A DNA stretch of 63,914 bases, filler included. It is 7 parts of 7 records of this genome, joined end to end, with 100 filler letters (N's around TTAATTAATTAA, not from the genome) between each part and the next. Parts side by side here need not be neighbours in the genome. Positions count along the whole stretch, not along the records: positions 1 to 6,315 come from SRR31147125_9470; positions 6,416 to 22,170 come from SRR31147125_9494; 5 more parts are not named here. The stretch is one strand, 5' to 3'. Made by a program: the position numbers and the translations under genes. The notes beneath the pieces were generated by a model. The model was not told where the DNA came from, did not search any database, and saw only the letters and a list, made by a program, of their open reading frames with translations. This document shows, piece by piece, positions 1-10,597 of the stretch (position 1 is its first letter; every line of letters begins with the position of its first letter).

Positions 1-1
1 C

Positions 2-910
2 GGCATCATTCTGGTGACCGGCCCCACCGGTAGTGGAAAGTCCACTACGCTCTATTCTACATTGCGGATGCTGTCGACGCCGGCCATCAACATCGTGACC
101 ATCGAAGACCCCATCGAGATGATCCACGAGGATTTCAATCAAATTGCGGTTCAGACGGCTATTGGTGTCACCTTTGAAACAATTTTGAGAAATATTCTCC
201 GACAGGATCCCGACATCATCATGGTGGGTGAGATTCGAGACCTCCAGACGGCACAGAGTGCCGTCCAGGCCGCTTTGACAGGCCATCTGGTTCTGTCGAC
301 CCTTCATACCAACGATACGGTATCCTCGGTGACGCGGTTGTTGGATCTGGGTGTGCCGCCCTTTCTCGTTCAATCCTCTTTGACCGGAATCATCGCTCAG
401 CGGTTGGTCAGGGGAATCTGCCCCAACTGTATCGAGCCTTTTGAAATTGATATCCGTGAGCTGCAAAGTATGGGATTGAATCTCGGGAAAAAGATGACCG
501 AGCTTGGAAATCCCGATCCCGGCAATCATCGAAACACTCTAGATCTCAATGACCGCATTAATCCGATTGCCACCACGGCCTCCAATACAACAATCGGCTC
601 GCAGGAAGATTTAGACTCTTCACGAATAAATATGTCGGCAAATGGAAAAGTGATTTTGAAAAGAGGAAAAGGGTGTACTCTATGTCGTCAGACCGGATAT
701 AAAGGGCGCAAGGGGGTCTTTGAAGTACTTCCATATAACGACGTCCTTAAAAAGTTGACTTCAACGGATGTGGATCTGACCCGATTGAGAAAAGGGGCAC
801 AGCAAAACGGATTTGCCTCGTTGAGGGACCGGGCCGTACTGAAAATGCTCAGGGGAGAGACCACTTATCAGGAAGTGCTGAGGGTTACCTGGGAGCAGGA
901 TAATGAATAA
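2..910 (+). CDS. GspE/PilB-family secretion/pilus assembly ATPase, 5'-truncated at the contig edge
   Basis: Walker [17 protein letters not shown] Asp box, [15 protein letters not shown]alker B, LSTLHTND His box, two CxxC zinc pairs; frame open from position 2. Confidence 0.93.
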   Translation, partial: GIILVTGPTGSGKSTTLYSTLRMLSTPAINIVTIEDPIEMIHEDFNQIAVQTAIGVTFETILRNILRQDPDIIMVGEIRDLQTAQSAVQAALTGHLVLSTLHTNDTVSSVTRLLDLGVPPFLVQSSLTGIIAQRLVRGICPNCIEPFEIDIRELQSMGLNLGKKMTELGNPDPGNHRNTLDLNDRINPIATTASNTTIGSQEDLDSSRINMSANGKVILKRGKGCTLCRQTGYKGRKGVFEVLPYNDVLKKLTSTDVDLTRLRKGAQQNGFASLRDRAVLKMLRGETTYQEVLRVTWEQDNE

Positions 911-931
911 AGGGATAAAAATGGTGAAATC

Positions 932-1540
932 ATGTCACCCAACGTGAAAAATGTGAAAAAAATAACCGATTTTCTATTTGAAGCCAATATGTTGAAAGAG
1001 TTGCCGAGATCCGGGTACGCATTTCTGGGGTCGGGCAGGGAAAGTGTTGCGGAGCATGTCTTTATGACAACCATGATCTGCTTTGCCATCTCCCGTATGG
1101 AGCCGACTGTGGACAGTGAGAAACTCATCACCATGGCGTTGACCCATGATCTGGCGGAAGCCAGAACCGGTGACCTCAACTATGTCCAGAAAAAGTACGT
1201 CCACGCACTGGAAGAGAATGCCGTGGAGGATATGACCCGGGGACTCTCATTCGGAAGCGATCTTAAAGAACTGATCAATGAGTTCAATGCGTCTGAAACA
1301 TTGGAGGCCAAACTTGCCAGGGACGCCGATCAGCTCTCATTTATCATGGAGTTGAAAAAGCAAAGTGATATCGGCGCCCCGGCCCCCGGGAAATGGCTGC
1401 CTTACATTTTGGATCGACTCCAGACGGATACGGGAAAAAAACTGGCCGAAAGCATCCTGCATTCCAATTGGGACGACTGGTGGCTGGAAAATTACACCGA
1501 GCCCGTACCTCATGGGTTGGAATCAGACAATAGTAATTGA
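932..1540 (+). CDS. HD-domain hydrolase (HD_3/YfbR-like)
   Basis: LK..PRSG, ESVAEH, THDLAEARTGD and DADQL motifs. Confidence 0.88.
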   Translation: MSPNVKNVKKITDFLFEANMLKELPRSGYAFLGSGRESVAEHVFMTTMICFAISRMEPTVDSEKLITMALTHDLAEARTGDLNYVQKKYVHALEENAVEDMTRGLSFGSDLKELINEFNASETLEAKLARDADQLSFIMELKKQSDIGAPAPGKWLPYILDRLQTDTGKKLAESILHSNWDDWWLENYTEPVPHGLESDNSN

Positions 1541-1574
1541 ACTATTGTTTGATTTGCTATAATCTATTCGGCTA

Positions 1575-3035
1575 ATGAAAAGGAAACACCAAAAAGAGAA
1601 AATCAGACTGCTTTATTACCCCCTTGCCGCACCCTCTGAATCATCGACGGTTCAAATGCTGGAAGCGTGCGATGATTATCTTCTGAAACAGGGAACCGTG
1701 CAACGTGATCTTCCGATCAACGAGATCATGACGACCCTCCAAAGGCTGGTTTCGGAAGTTCTCCCTGATCTGCTGTTGATTGATTTGACAGGGCCATTGG
1801 GAAGTAATGACCGCAAGCCGGCATTTCATCAATCAGACCGGCGACTCAATCCAATCCCAACCGCTCAAGTCGACACGTTATCGCAACAATTCCTATCCGG
1901 TATTCATATCGAAACCGCGACGGGGATCCTGTTTCCGACGGATCCGGGTGTGGAAATGAAAGCGATGTGTGCGCAAAGAAAATGGGCTTACCTCATCTCC
2001 CCCTTTTCATTTACGGAATTGGATTGCCGAATCAAAGAGAGGCAAGATCAAAAGCTGCGAACTCAGCATGTGGCATGGCAAGATCGTCGAATGGCCCATG
2101 CCGTGGTGCATATCGATAAACTCAAAGGGCGGATCCAGGCCATTGAAAAACGGTTTAATCGAGAAAAAGAGCTGCTCCATAATTCCCTGAAGCAGATTAA
2201 CGAGATGAGCCGGGAGAGGACGCATCTGAAAAATGAGCTTCGAGAGAGTCGACAAGCGCTCTCGAGCAATATCAAAGGGCTCTATGATTTCCTCTCGTCG
2301 ATGGTCGATTCAAGAAATGACCATCGAAGGGGGCATTCCAGACGGGTCTCGGAGATTGCCTTGTATGTGGCAGATCAAATCGGCCTTGAAGATAGCTCGA
2401 AGCACCACCTCAGAAAAGCGGCCATGCTTCATGAAGTGGGGATGCTGCTGATATCGGATCGGGTTTTGGAAAAGGATCGAGATGCGCTGACTCAATATGA
2501 AAGGGATATGTTGGATCTTCAATTCCTGAAAGGCGCTGAATTTTTACAAAAATGTCCGGGATTTGAAAAAACAGCGGATATTGTCCGGCATATGAACGAA
2601 AATGTTGACGGAACCGGTTATCCGGAAGGCTTGAAGAAAAGATATATCCCCCTTATTTCAAGGGTATTGACCGGTGCGGATATGCTGGATCAGTTTTGGA
2701 TGGATTATTTCAATCAGTCTAATGGATCGGACGCGCTGGTCGATCATCTGCTGGAGGAGTTGGAAGAGGTGGCAGGCGTTCGGATCGACCCGGCCATTGT
2801 CAATTATCTTGAGAAGTATGTGGTGACGGTGCTTGGGCAGAATCAGGTGCAGTTAAGGGAGCTTGCCGTGTCCCAGCTCAAGCCGGGAATGGTGATCGGC
2901 ACCGGGCTCTTCACCCGTACCGGTACCAAGCTGTTGACTCCCGGAACTCGGTTGACAAAAGAGACTATCGACATGATGATTCGATACAATCGGGAGTACC
3001 CCGTGGATGAGACGGTATTTATAAAGGTGGAATAA
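1575..3035 (+). CDS. HD-GYP-like signalling protein with degenerate receiver-like N-terminus and coiled coil
   Basis: GHSRRV, LHEVG (HD to HE), DGTGYPEG, DP motif; C-terminal LKPGMV..LL..GT.LT segment. Confidence 0.75.
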   Translation: MKRKHQKEKIRLLYYPLAAPSESSTVQMLEACDDYLLKQGTVQRDLPINEIMTTLQRLVSEVLPDLLLIDLTGPLGSNDRKPAFHQSDRRLNPIPTAQVDTLSQQFLSGIHIETATGILFPTDPGVEMKAMCAQRKWAYLISPFSFTELDCRIKERQDQKLRTQHVAWQDRRMAHAVVHIDKLKGRIQAIEKRFNREKELLHNSLKQINEMSRERTHLKNELRESRQALSSNIKGLYDFLSSMVDSRNDHRRGHSRRVSEIALYVADQIGLEDSSKHHLRKAAMLHEVGMLLISDRVLEKDRDALTQYERDMLDLQFLKGAEFLQKCPGFEKTADIVRHMNENVDGTGYPEGLKKRYIPLISRVLTGADMLDQFWMDYFNQSNGSDALVDHLLEELEEVAGVRIDPAIVNYLEKYVVTVLGQNQVQLRELAVSQLKPGMVIGTGLFTRTGTKLLTPGTRLTKETIDMMIRYNREYPVDETVFIKVE

Positions 3036-3093
3036 ACACGTGTGACGGTCCCACCGTCACAACAAGGAAATAAGCGGATAAAGGTAGAATTGT

Positions 3094-3854
3094 ATGGATC
3101 TAGCAACCATCATTGGTATTGTTCTCGGCATCGGTGCGATTATCGTAACCATTCTATTGGGTAGCGGACTTGGGCTCTTTGTGGATATGCCTTCTATTGC
3201 CATCGTTTGTGGGGGAACCGTTGCCGCTACATTTGTTGCTTATCCTTTGGGAGATGTTTTGAGTCTCATCAAAGTCACCATGCGTCTATTTATTTTTAAG
3301 ATTGAAAAACCCGAAGACATCATCGGCAATTTGGTGGAGATCTCCAATAAAGCCAGAAAAGGGGGCTGCTCTCCATAGAAGGAGATATCCAAAGTACATC
3401 CGATCCCTATCTTTCCCAGGCGTTGCAGATGACCGTGGATGGGGTGAAGACGGCGGACATCGCAGCCATCATGCAGAGTAGAATGGCCGTCACTAAAAAA
3501 GATCTGAAACTGGGTGCCGACCTCTACGCCAGTATGGGATCTTTTGCTCCGGCATTCGGGATGGTCGGTACGTTGATCGGGTTGGTGCAGATGCTTGCCA
3601 ACCTCGATGATCCCTCCAGTATCGGTCCCAAGATGGCGGTTGCCATGATCACTACGTTTTACGGGGCGATCCTTGCGAACCTGTTTTTTATTCCCATGGG
3701 GGGGAAATTGGAGATTCGGTGCGATCAAGAGCTCTCCAATATGAACATCATCTATGAAGGAGTCATATCCATCAGGGAAGGCGAGCATCCGAAACTCATG
3801 GAAGATAAACTCAGTGTCTATCTCGGACCGAACGCCCAAAAAGATGAGGGATAA
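3094..3854 (+). CDS. motA: MotA/PomA stator subunit, split by a 1-nt frameshift at G-run 3361-3365
   Basis: ORFs 3094-3378 and 3423-3854 join as ...ARKGGLLSIEGD... if one G is added; APAFGMVGTLIGLVQML and MAVAMITTFYG motifs. Confidence 0.88.
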
Positions 3855-3873
3855 CGACAAGAGGTAAAAAGAA

Positions 3874-4680
3874 ATGGCTGATAAAGAAGTTTCCGAAGAA
3901 GAAGCCCCGCCCTTGGCCCCACCGCCGGATGATGATGACGGCGGCGGTGGCGGCGGTTCGCCCGAGTGGATGGGTACTTTTGCGGACCTCGTTACGCTGC
4001 TCATGTGTTTTTTCGTTTTGCTTTTTGCCATGAGTACCACCCAACAGGAGACGTTTAAAGAGCTGGTGGAGTCTCTTAGAAGCGCACTGGGTGTGCAGTC
4101 GGTCCCGGAATCCGGAACTCGGGAGGGGCTTACCATGCACACGGTGCCCTCGGAAGCCCCGTCTGATAAACAGGAAGTCGATGAACTGGGCGGTATGATT
4201 CAAAAGGAGCTTGAAGAGATCGTCAGCGAGGTGAGGGAGTTGGTGATGTTCAACAAGCTTGGAGGACTTGTGAGTGTTCAGGAGTCGGATATGGGGGTGG
4301 TGATCACCATGTCCGATATGTTGCTGTTTGAGCAAGGCGGTGTCGCACTGTCTGAAATGGGGCATGATGTATTGAAAAAAGTGGCATCGGTTCTTTCCAG
4401 GATGGCATATCACGTCAAGATCAAAGGGCATACGGACAATGCCGTAATAAAGTCGGAGATGTATCCTTCCAACTGGGAGCTGTCTGCCGCCCGCGCCTGC
4501 ACCGTGGTTCGACTGTTGGTGGAGAACGGCGTTGATCCCCGCTTCATCTCTGCAGAAGGATATGCGCAATACGACCCCATCGCCACCAACGACACATCCC
4601 AGGGAAGATCACGAAATCGACGGGTTGAGATTGTATATGAACGTGACAGCATCGCCCGCACATTTGCCGGAATGGAATAA
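3874..4680 (+). CDS. motB: MotB/PomB stator subunit with OmpA-like domain
   Basis: WMGTFADLVTLLMCFFVLLF, GHTDN, NWELSAARA and NRRVEI motifs. Confidence 0.93.
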   Translation: MADKEVSEEEAPPLAPPPDDDDGGGGGGSPEWMGTFADLVTLLMCFFVLLFAMSTTQQETFKELVESLRSALGVQSVPESGTREGLTMHTVPSEAPSDKQEVDELGGMIQKELEEIVSEVRELVMFNKLGGLVSVQESDMGVVITMSDMLLFEQGGVALSEMGHDVLKKVASVLSRMAYHVKIKGHTDNAVIKSEMYPSNWELSAARACTVVRLLVENGVDPRFISAEGYAQYDPIATNDTSQGRSRNRRVEIVYERDSIARTFAGME

Positions 4681-4871
4681 AAGAGGTCAATTAAAGTGAA
4701 TAACGCTCATGGTAGATCCATCTGCCGCAACAAAAATGAAAATCCGGGTGAAAATCCTGGAACCTGCAAATGCAAAGATTTTCACATAAATCAATTTAAA
4801 TAAAAAAAGGATGAAAAGCTTTTATTTCAACGATTTGAAAGTTTGTTCATATCATAAAGGTTTTTGGCAGT

Positions 4872-5564
4872 ATGAAGCAGTCTTTAACGGAGATCGCCGC
4901 TCACTTGGGGTTGAATCTCGATACATTGGATCGCTGGATCAGACAAGGGAAAATCCCTGTAAACAAACAAGGGGAGATGGGAATATATAATGTTTCCGAA
5001 TTGAATCGGTGGGCGGAAAAGCACAGAAGACTCAATCCCGGTAATCTCGTGGATGCCTCCCAATGCGCATTGGATGAAGAAAGCGGGGCGGATGCTCCGG
5101 AATTGGTGCTGTTGGCAGCCTTGAAACGAGGCGGAATTATCCACGGCATCGAGGGCGAGGATAAGGAAGAGATTTTCAAAACCATGGTCGCCCATATTCC
5201 CGACTTTCCCGGTAAGGATCCGGAAACCATTTTGAATCAGCTCATGGAACGAGAAAAACTGACCTCCACCGGCATCGGACAGGGGGTGGCCATTCCCCAT
5301 CCGAGAAATCCCATTGGAGAAACCTTACCGGCTCCCATGATCATCACCTGCTTTGCCCAAAAATCGATTTCTTTTCAATCCATTGATGATCAACCGGTCT
5401 CTGTGTTGTTTCTGCTGTTGAGTCCCACGGTGGAGGTACATTTGAACCTTCTTTCCAGGCTTTCCTTTTGTCTTCGAGATAACGAATTTATTCGCCTGAT
5501 ACACGAAACTCCGGAGGCTGAGTTGTTTTTTAGCCGCATTCGTGAGATGGAAGCCAATTTGTAA
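4872..5564 (+). CDS. Excisionase-like HTH fused to PTS EIIA (Ntr/Fru type)
   Basis: N-terminal LTEIAAHLGL..TLDRWIRQGKIP; REKLTSTGIGQGVAIPHPR phospho-His motif. Confidence 0.88.
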   Translation: MKQSLTEIAAHLGLNLDTLDRWIRQGKIPVNKQGEMGIYNVSELNRWAEKHRRLNPGNLVDASQCALDEESGADAPELVLLAALKRGGIIHGIEGEDKEEIFKTMVAHIPDFPGKDPETILNQLMEREKLTSTGIGQGVAIPHPRNPIGETLPAPMIITCFAQKSISFQSIDDQPVSVLFLLLSPTVEVHLNLLSRLSFCLRDNEFIRLIHETPEAELFFSRIREMEANL

Positions 5565-5730
5565 AAAGCCTATGTAAACGGCCATGAATGATCCCCTCAA
5601 AAGCAAAGGTGAATACTCTTGACAAAGGGGTCGTGAGTTTATTCAAAAAAGCACCCATGAATGGTGTTGAGGTCGTTCATAAAAAAGATTCAAAGGCTAA
5701 ATTTGAAAGAAGGATAAACGGTAAAAATCA

Positions 5731-6315
5731 ATGAAAAGAATTATTTCCTGGCGTTATCCGGGTACCATTTCCATTTTTCGGATGGATGACCGGCTGCTTC
5801 TCATCGGCATGGGCATTTTTGTGGGACTTTGCAGCGGACTTGCCGCCCTTGCCTTGAATCACTCCCTTCATTTCATGCTGGAAACCCTTCATCATTTAAG
5901 GCATTACTGGTGGGCATTTTTGCTTCCTGCCGCCGGTGCCATGTGCTCTGCGTTGTTCATGGATAAGGTGGTGAACGAAGGGGCGGGACACGGGGTCCCG
6001 GAGGTGATTTACAGTGTTTCCCGATACGGGGGACTCATTCGCCTTCGATCCAGCTTCTCTCGTCTTGTTTCCAGTTGTCTTACCATCGGTAGCGGTGGGT
6101 CGGCAGGACCCGAGGCTCCTGTGGTGATGAGCGGGTCTGCCATTGGATCCAATATTGCTCAATTCTTCCATCTCAACGACCGTCAGCGTATTACGTTGGT
6201 GGGGTGCGGTGCTGCCGGTGCCGTGGCATCCATCTTCAACGCACCTTTGACCGGTATTATCTTTACCATGGAGATTATCCTGGGAGAGTGGTCCATGGTC
6301 AACATCATTCCCATT
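5731..6315 (+). CDS. ClC chloride channel/transporter, 3'-truncated
   Basis: GHGVPEV, GGSAGPEAP and IFNAPLTG..F..E ClC signatures. Confidence 0.9.
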
Positions 6316-6415
6316 NNNNNNNNNNNNNNNNNNNNNNNNNNNNNNNNNNNNNNNNNNNNTTAATTAATTAANNNNNNNNNNNNNNNNNNNNNNNNNNNNN
6401 NNNNNNNNNNNNNNN
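6316..6415. other. Artificial contig-joining spacer
   Basis: 100 nt: N-run, TTAATTAATTAA (stops in all frames), N-run. Confidence 0.98.
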
Positions 6416-6432
6416 CAGACTGACACGTACAA

Positions 6433-6481
6433 TCTCGTTCCCAGCATCCCGCTGGGAATGCATTCCAGAGGCTCCGCCTCG
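6433..6481. repeat. REP-like double hairpin
   Basis: TTCCCAGC-ATCCC-GCTGGGAA followed by GAGGC-TCC-GCCTC, intergenic, near the contig end. Confidence 0.6.
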
Positions 6482-6554
6482 TTTCACATTTGTCGATCCA
6501 AAAGTCAAAGATTACCTGCAGCCACTTAACAGACTGATACGATGGAATGCAGAT

Positions 6555-6590
6555 AAAAAAAGCTGACCATTAATATGATCAGCTTTTTTT
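6555..6590. terminator. Bidirectional intrinsic terminator
   Basis: A7-GCTGA...TCAGC-T7 downstream of the isomerase gene. Confidence 0.75.
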
Positions 6591-6629
6591 CATTAACCAA
6601 TTTATCTAAAACTTACCTGTCATAATCTC

Positions 6630-7573
6630 TTAAACCAGTTTCTCCTCGATTTTCTTTAAGGATTTCATTGATTCCCCGGCAATGGTTTCCGGAGCGGGTT
6701 TAAAATTAAAGACCTCAAGAGAGACCCAATGCTTAAAATCCAGATCTTTGAGTGTCTGAAAAGCTTTGACAAAATCTGTGGTGGCTGTGCCTGTTCCCAG
6801 ATAGTCGCCGTCCATTTCCTGTACATGCACATGATAAATATATTCATAATACTTTTTGATCAAAACATCAAAAGCTTCGGTTTCATCCGGAGTGTTGTGA
6901 AAATCAAACATGGTCTGAATAGCAGGATGGTTTATCTCTTTAATCATGACCAGAGCTTCAGCTAATGTATTAAGAACATCTGTCTGGGTTTTATCCAATG
7001 GTTCAATAAGAATTTTCACACCTCTTCGTTGCGCATGATCTGCTGTCTGTGCCAGACCCTCGGTAAAGTACTTTTTAGCCTCATCTATGGAGATGCCAAT
7101 TGTATTTCGTTGTTTGGGAGAACCAAATATCATGGCTGTTCCACCCAGGTCTCCACAAAAATCAACCAGACTATTCAGATAATCCACTGATTTTTTCTCA
7201 AAGCTTTGTCCGGTGTCGTAAAATGTAAACCCTTTGGCGGTGGTGCCAGCAACCAGTGTAACCCGGCACATTCAATACCGGCATTTTTCATAGCTGCGAC
7301 CATTTGTTTTCGCTGATCTGCAGAAATTTCCTGTACACCTTCTTTTACGAGTGTAAAAGGCGCAATTTCAACCCCTTTGAAACCCGCATTGGCAATAATG
7401 GCACATTGCTTTTCCCACGGCATGCCCTTCATAGATTCATTACACATGGCGTATTTGAATCCTGGCCATTGTTGTGCTGTCTCCTTTTTCGCACATCCGA
7501 GTGTACCCAATGTGGTTGCCCCCAATACCCCGGCAGATGTTTTTAAAAAATCACGTCGATTGAAATTGTGCAT
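6630..7573 (-). CDS. Tat-exported sugar phosphate isomerase/epimerase (TIM barrel), frameshift at T-run 7191-7196
   Basis: NRRDFLK Tat motif and LGC lipobox-like; GVEIAPF, IEPL, DFHN, HVHVQE and SLEVF motifs; one extra A joins ORFs 7175-7588 and 6630-7271. Confidence 0.85.
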
Positions 7574-7842
7574 AATGACTCCTTCCAAAAATTAGATTAT
7601 TATTGTATCAAAATCATAAAATATCAATTCAGAAAAATTGCTGAATATAAAATAAACACTTCTTTTGTTAAAAATACAAGTACTTTTAATACAAGATTAG
7701 CTCCGGTCAGGTTAAAAAAATAAATCCGCAATTACTGTATCAAATCACTTCTTGATACATGACTTGTTTTATAAAACAAAATCAATTAATAGTTGTGGAT
7801 TTGAATAAAATAGATGATATTATACTGGCATTTAATTAAACC

Positions 7843-10440
7843 ATGAAAGAGTTGCAAATGAACGTTTCTTCACTCAAAAGACAGTTACTATTCATTTTCT
7901 TATTATCCTTTTTCTTTATGAATCATGCCAACAGCCAGGTGACATTAAAGGATTACCTGCCTGCGGATGTATCCTATGATGCAAACATTCCAACACCATA
8001 CGATTTTTTTAAATTTCACCCGGGTGAATGGCATATTCGTCATGATGTGCTTGTAAATTATCTCAAAACCCTGGCACAGAAATCAGATCGGGTGACTATA
8101 GAACAATATGGTTCTTCCTATGAACAACGTCCTCTGTTGCTAATGAGCATTTCTTCTGCAGATAACATTCAAAACATGGAAAACATCCGAAAGCAACACA
8201 TCGATTTTGCTAATCCTGATATATCAGTCCCTAAATCCTTAGAAAATATGCCGGTTTTTGTCTGGCAGGGCTACAGTGTGCATGGCAATGAAGCGAGTGG
8301 TAGTAATGCCGTACCCCTGGTCGCCTATTATCTGGCTGCTGCTCAGGGTCCGGAAATAGAGAAAATGCTAAAAAACACCGTCATTCTTGTTGATCCGTGC
8401 ATAAATCCGGATGGATTCAGTCGATTTACAATCTGGGCAAATATGCACAAAGGACAAAACCTCATTGCGGACCGCTATCATCGCGAGCATCGCGAAGCCT
8501 GGCCTGGCGGACGGACAAACCATTACTGGTTCGATCTTAATCGCGATTGGCTTCTATTACAGCATCCGGAATCCCGCAGCCGGATCATTCAATATCATAA
8601 ATGGCTGCCACATATTGTAACCGACTTTCACGAAATGGGTAGTAATTCCACCTATTTTTTCCAGCCGGGCGTGCCATCCCGCAATAATCCGCTCACGCCT
8701 GCCACGACAACTCGACTCACTGAAAAAATAGCAGAATTTCATGCAAAAGCATTGGACAATATCGGTTCCTTGTATTTTTCAAAAGAAAATTTTGATGATT
8801 ACTATTATGGTAAAGGTTCAACATATCCGGATGTCAATGGCAGTATCGGCATATTATTTGAACAAGCCAGTGTCCGAGGCCACCTTCAGGAAACCGTAAA
8901 CGGTACTATCAGCTTTCCCTTTGCTATTCGCAATCAGGTCACCACCTCTTTCTCTACTTTAGAAGCAGCCCAGGCTCTGCGAAAAGAATTAATAAATCAT
9001 CAACGGGACTTTTATAAATCTGCCATGCAACAGGCAGATAAATCAAAAATAAAAACTTATGTCTTTGGCTCTACAAATGATCCGGTCCGTAATTATCACT
9101 TTATCCGGATTCTTTTACAACACAAAATAAATGTCTTTAAATTAAATAAACCATTAAAGGCGAACAATCATTTATACAAACCAGGATCTGCTTATATTGT
9201 ACCGGTAGAACAACCCCAATTCCGCCTTTTGACAACCCTGTTTGAAACTCGCACTCATTTTCATGACAGCCTGTTTTATGATATTTCTTCATGGACTCTA
9301 CCCCTGGCTTTTAATCTTCCCTATGCCGAGTTGGATTCAAAATCTCTTCCCAACAACATCATTGGAGAATCCGTCATCAACGCTGAATTTCCCAAAGGCC
9401 ATTTAACCGGAGATAAACATGCCTATGCCTATGCTTTTGAATGGAACGGTTATTACGCTCCCAGGGCTCTCTATCGTCTGATGCAGGCCGGGATTAAAAC
9501 AAAAATAGCAACATCTCCCTTTAGAGCAAATACTGCATCGGGATTACACAGTTTTGATTATGGTACAATTCTCGTGTCAGCCGCCTTCAAAAACAATAAA
9601 ACAAAAATCGACCAATTGATGGATGATATCATTCAAAAAGACGGTATCCATGTCTTTTCATTGTTAACAGGCATGACGCCGGATGGTATTGATTTCGGCA
9701 GTCCCAAAATGAAAAATCTAAAGAAACCACATATCATGCTTCTCGTGGGTAACGGCGTATCTTCCACCCAGGCCGGGGAAGTTTGGCATCTGTTAGATGA
9801 GAGAATGAGTATTCATACAAGTCTGATTGAAAACCGGTTTATCAATTCCATAGACATATCCGGATACACAACCATCATAATGCCACGTGGCAACTATAAT
9901 GCTATTGATTCGACAGGTGTCTCATCCTTAAAACAATGGATTAAAAAGGGCGGCACTCTTGTCACTCTGGGTAGTGCTTCAAAGTGGCTGGTCAAAAACA
10001 AACTGGCTGATATTAAATATATTAAAGCCACAAATAAAGAATCTCCGGTAATGCGTCGGCCGTATGCTGGTAAAAGTAACTATTCCGGTGCTCAGGCGAT
10101 TTCCGGTGCCATTTTTAAGGCAAACCTGGACATCACACATCCAATCGGCTATGGATTTCAGGATTCGCAGATAAGCCTGTTCCACAGAGGAACCCAATTT
10201 ATTCAGCCATCTCAGGATCCCTATGCAACACCACTGCAATATGATAACAAACCACTCCAGAGCGGATACATTTCAAAGGAAAACGAACGTCTCATCGCAC
10301 AGTCAGCCGCAACCATCGTAAGCCGACTGGGAAAAGGACGTATTATTAGCATGATGTTCAATCCCAATTTCCGCGCTGTCTGGTATGGTACAAACAAATT
10401 ATTTTTGAACAGCCTGTTTTTCGGTCAGATTATTTATTAG
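7843..10440 (+). CDS. Secreted M14 zinc carboxypeptidase with C-terminal GATase-like domain
   Basis: Signal peptide; HGNE, NPDG, DLNRDW and DFHEM motifs. Confidence 0.9.
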   Translation: MKELQMNVSSLKRQLLFIFLLSFFFMNHANSQVTLKDYLPADVSYDANIPTPYDFFKFHPGEWHIRHDVLVNYLKTLAQKSDRVTIEQYGSSYEQRPLLLMSISSADNIQNMENIRKQHIDFANPDISVPKSLENMPVFVWQGYSVHGNEASGSNAVPLVAYYLAAAQGPEIEKMLKNTVILVDPCINPDGFSRFTIWANMHKGQNLIADRYHREHREAWPGGRTNHYWFDLNRDWLLLQHPESRSRIIQYHKWLPHIVTDFHEMGSNSTYFFQPGVPSRNNPLTPATTTRLTEKIAEFHAKALDNIGSLYFSKENFDDYYYGKGSTYPDVNGSIGILFEQASVRGHLQETVNGTISFPFAIRNQVTTSFSTLEAAQALRKELINHQRDFYKSAMQQADKSKIKTYVFGSTNDPVRNYHFIRILLQHKINVFKLNKPLKANNHLYKPGSAYIVPVEQPQFRLLTTLFETRTHFHDSLFYDISSWTLPLAFNLPYAELDSKSLPNNIIGESVINAEFPKGHLTGDKHAYAYAFEWNGYYAPRALYRLMQAGIKTKIATSPFRANTASGLHSFDYGTILVSAAFKNNKTKIDQLMDDIIQKDGIHVFSLLTGMTPDGIDFGSPKMKNLKKPHIMLLVGNGVSSTQAGEVWHLLDERMSIHTSLIENRFINSIDISGYTTIIMPRGNYNAIDSTGVSSLKQWIKKGGTLVTLGSASKWLVKNKLADIKYIKATNKESPVMRRPYAGKSNYSGAQAISGAIFKANLDITHPIGYGFQDSQISLFHRGTQFIQPSQDPYATPLQYDNKPLQSGYISKENERLIAQSAATIVSRLGKGRIISMMFNPNFRAVWYGTNKLFLNSLFFGQIIY

Positions 10441-10555
10441 CATGAATTGACGTTTTCTTTTTACTCTTTTTAGGTTAAATTTAAGATTGTTCCTTATTCC
10501 TGACTTTAATTTTGGAGATATTTTTACCTCATGGTTAATAAATGGGAACATTCAA

Positions 10556-10586
10556 CCAGTATGTTAGTAGAATACTAACATACTGG
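10556..10586. promoter_or_regulatory. Putative AbiEi autoregulatory operator
   Basis: Perfect 14-bp inverted repeat CCAGTATGTTAGTA-GAA-TACTAACATACTGG, 11 nt upstream of the abiEi start. Confidence 0.75.
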
Positions 10587-10597
10587 AGACATATTAT

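Noticed and set aside
3355..3378. Programmed frameshift or phase variation in motA
   Set aside because: Short G-run; the same type of error occurs in unrelated contigs.
3240..4569. Long minus-strand ORFs (300 and 252 aa) over motAB
   Set aside because: Antisense shadows of well-supported genes, with no recognisable motifs.
5565..5730. Fluoride riboswitch upstream of the ClC gene
   Set aside because: No crcB-type consensus visible, and the protein has GHGVP instead of a fluoride-type signature.
6316..6415. TTAATTAATTAA palindrome repeated six times in the window
   Set aside because: Synthetic linker inside N-runs, not biological.
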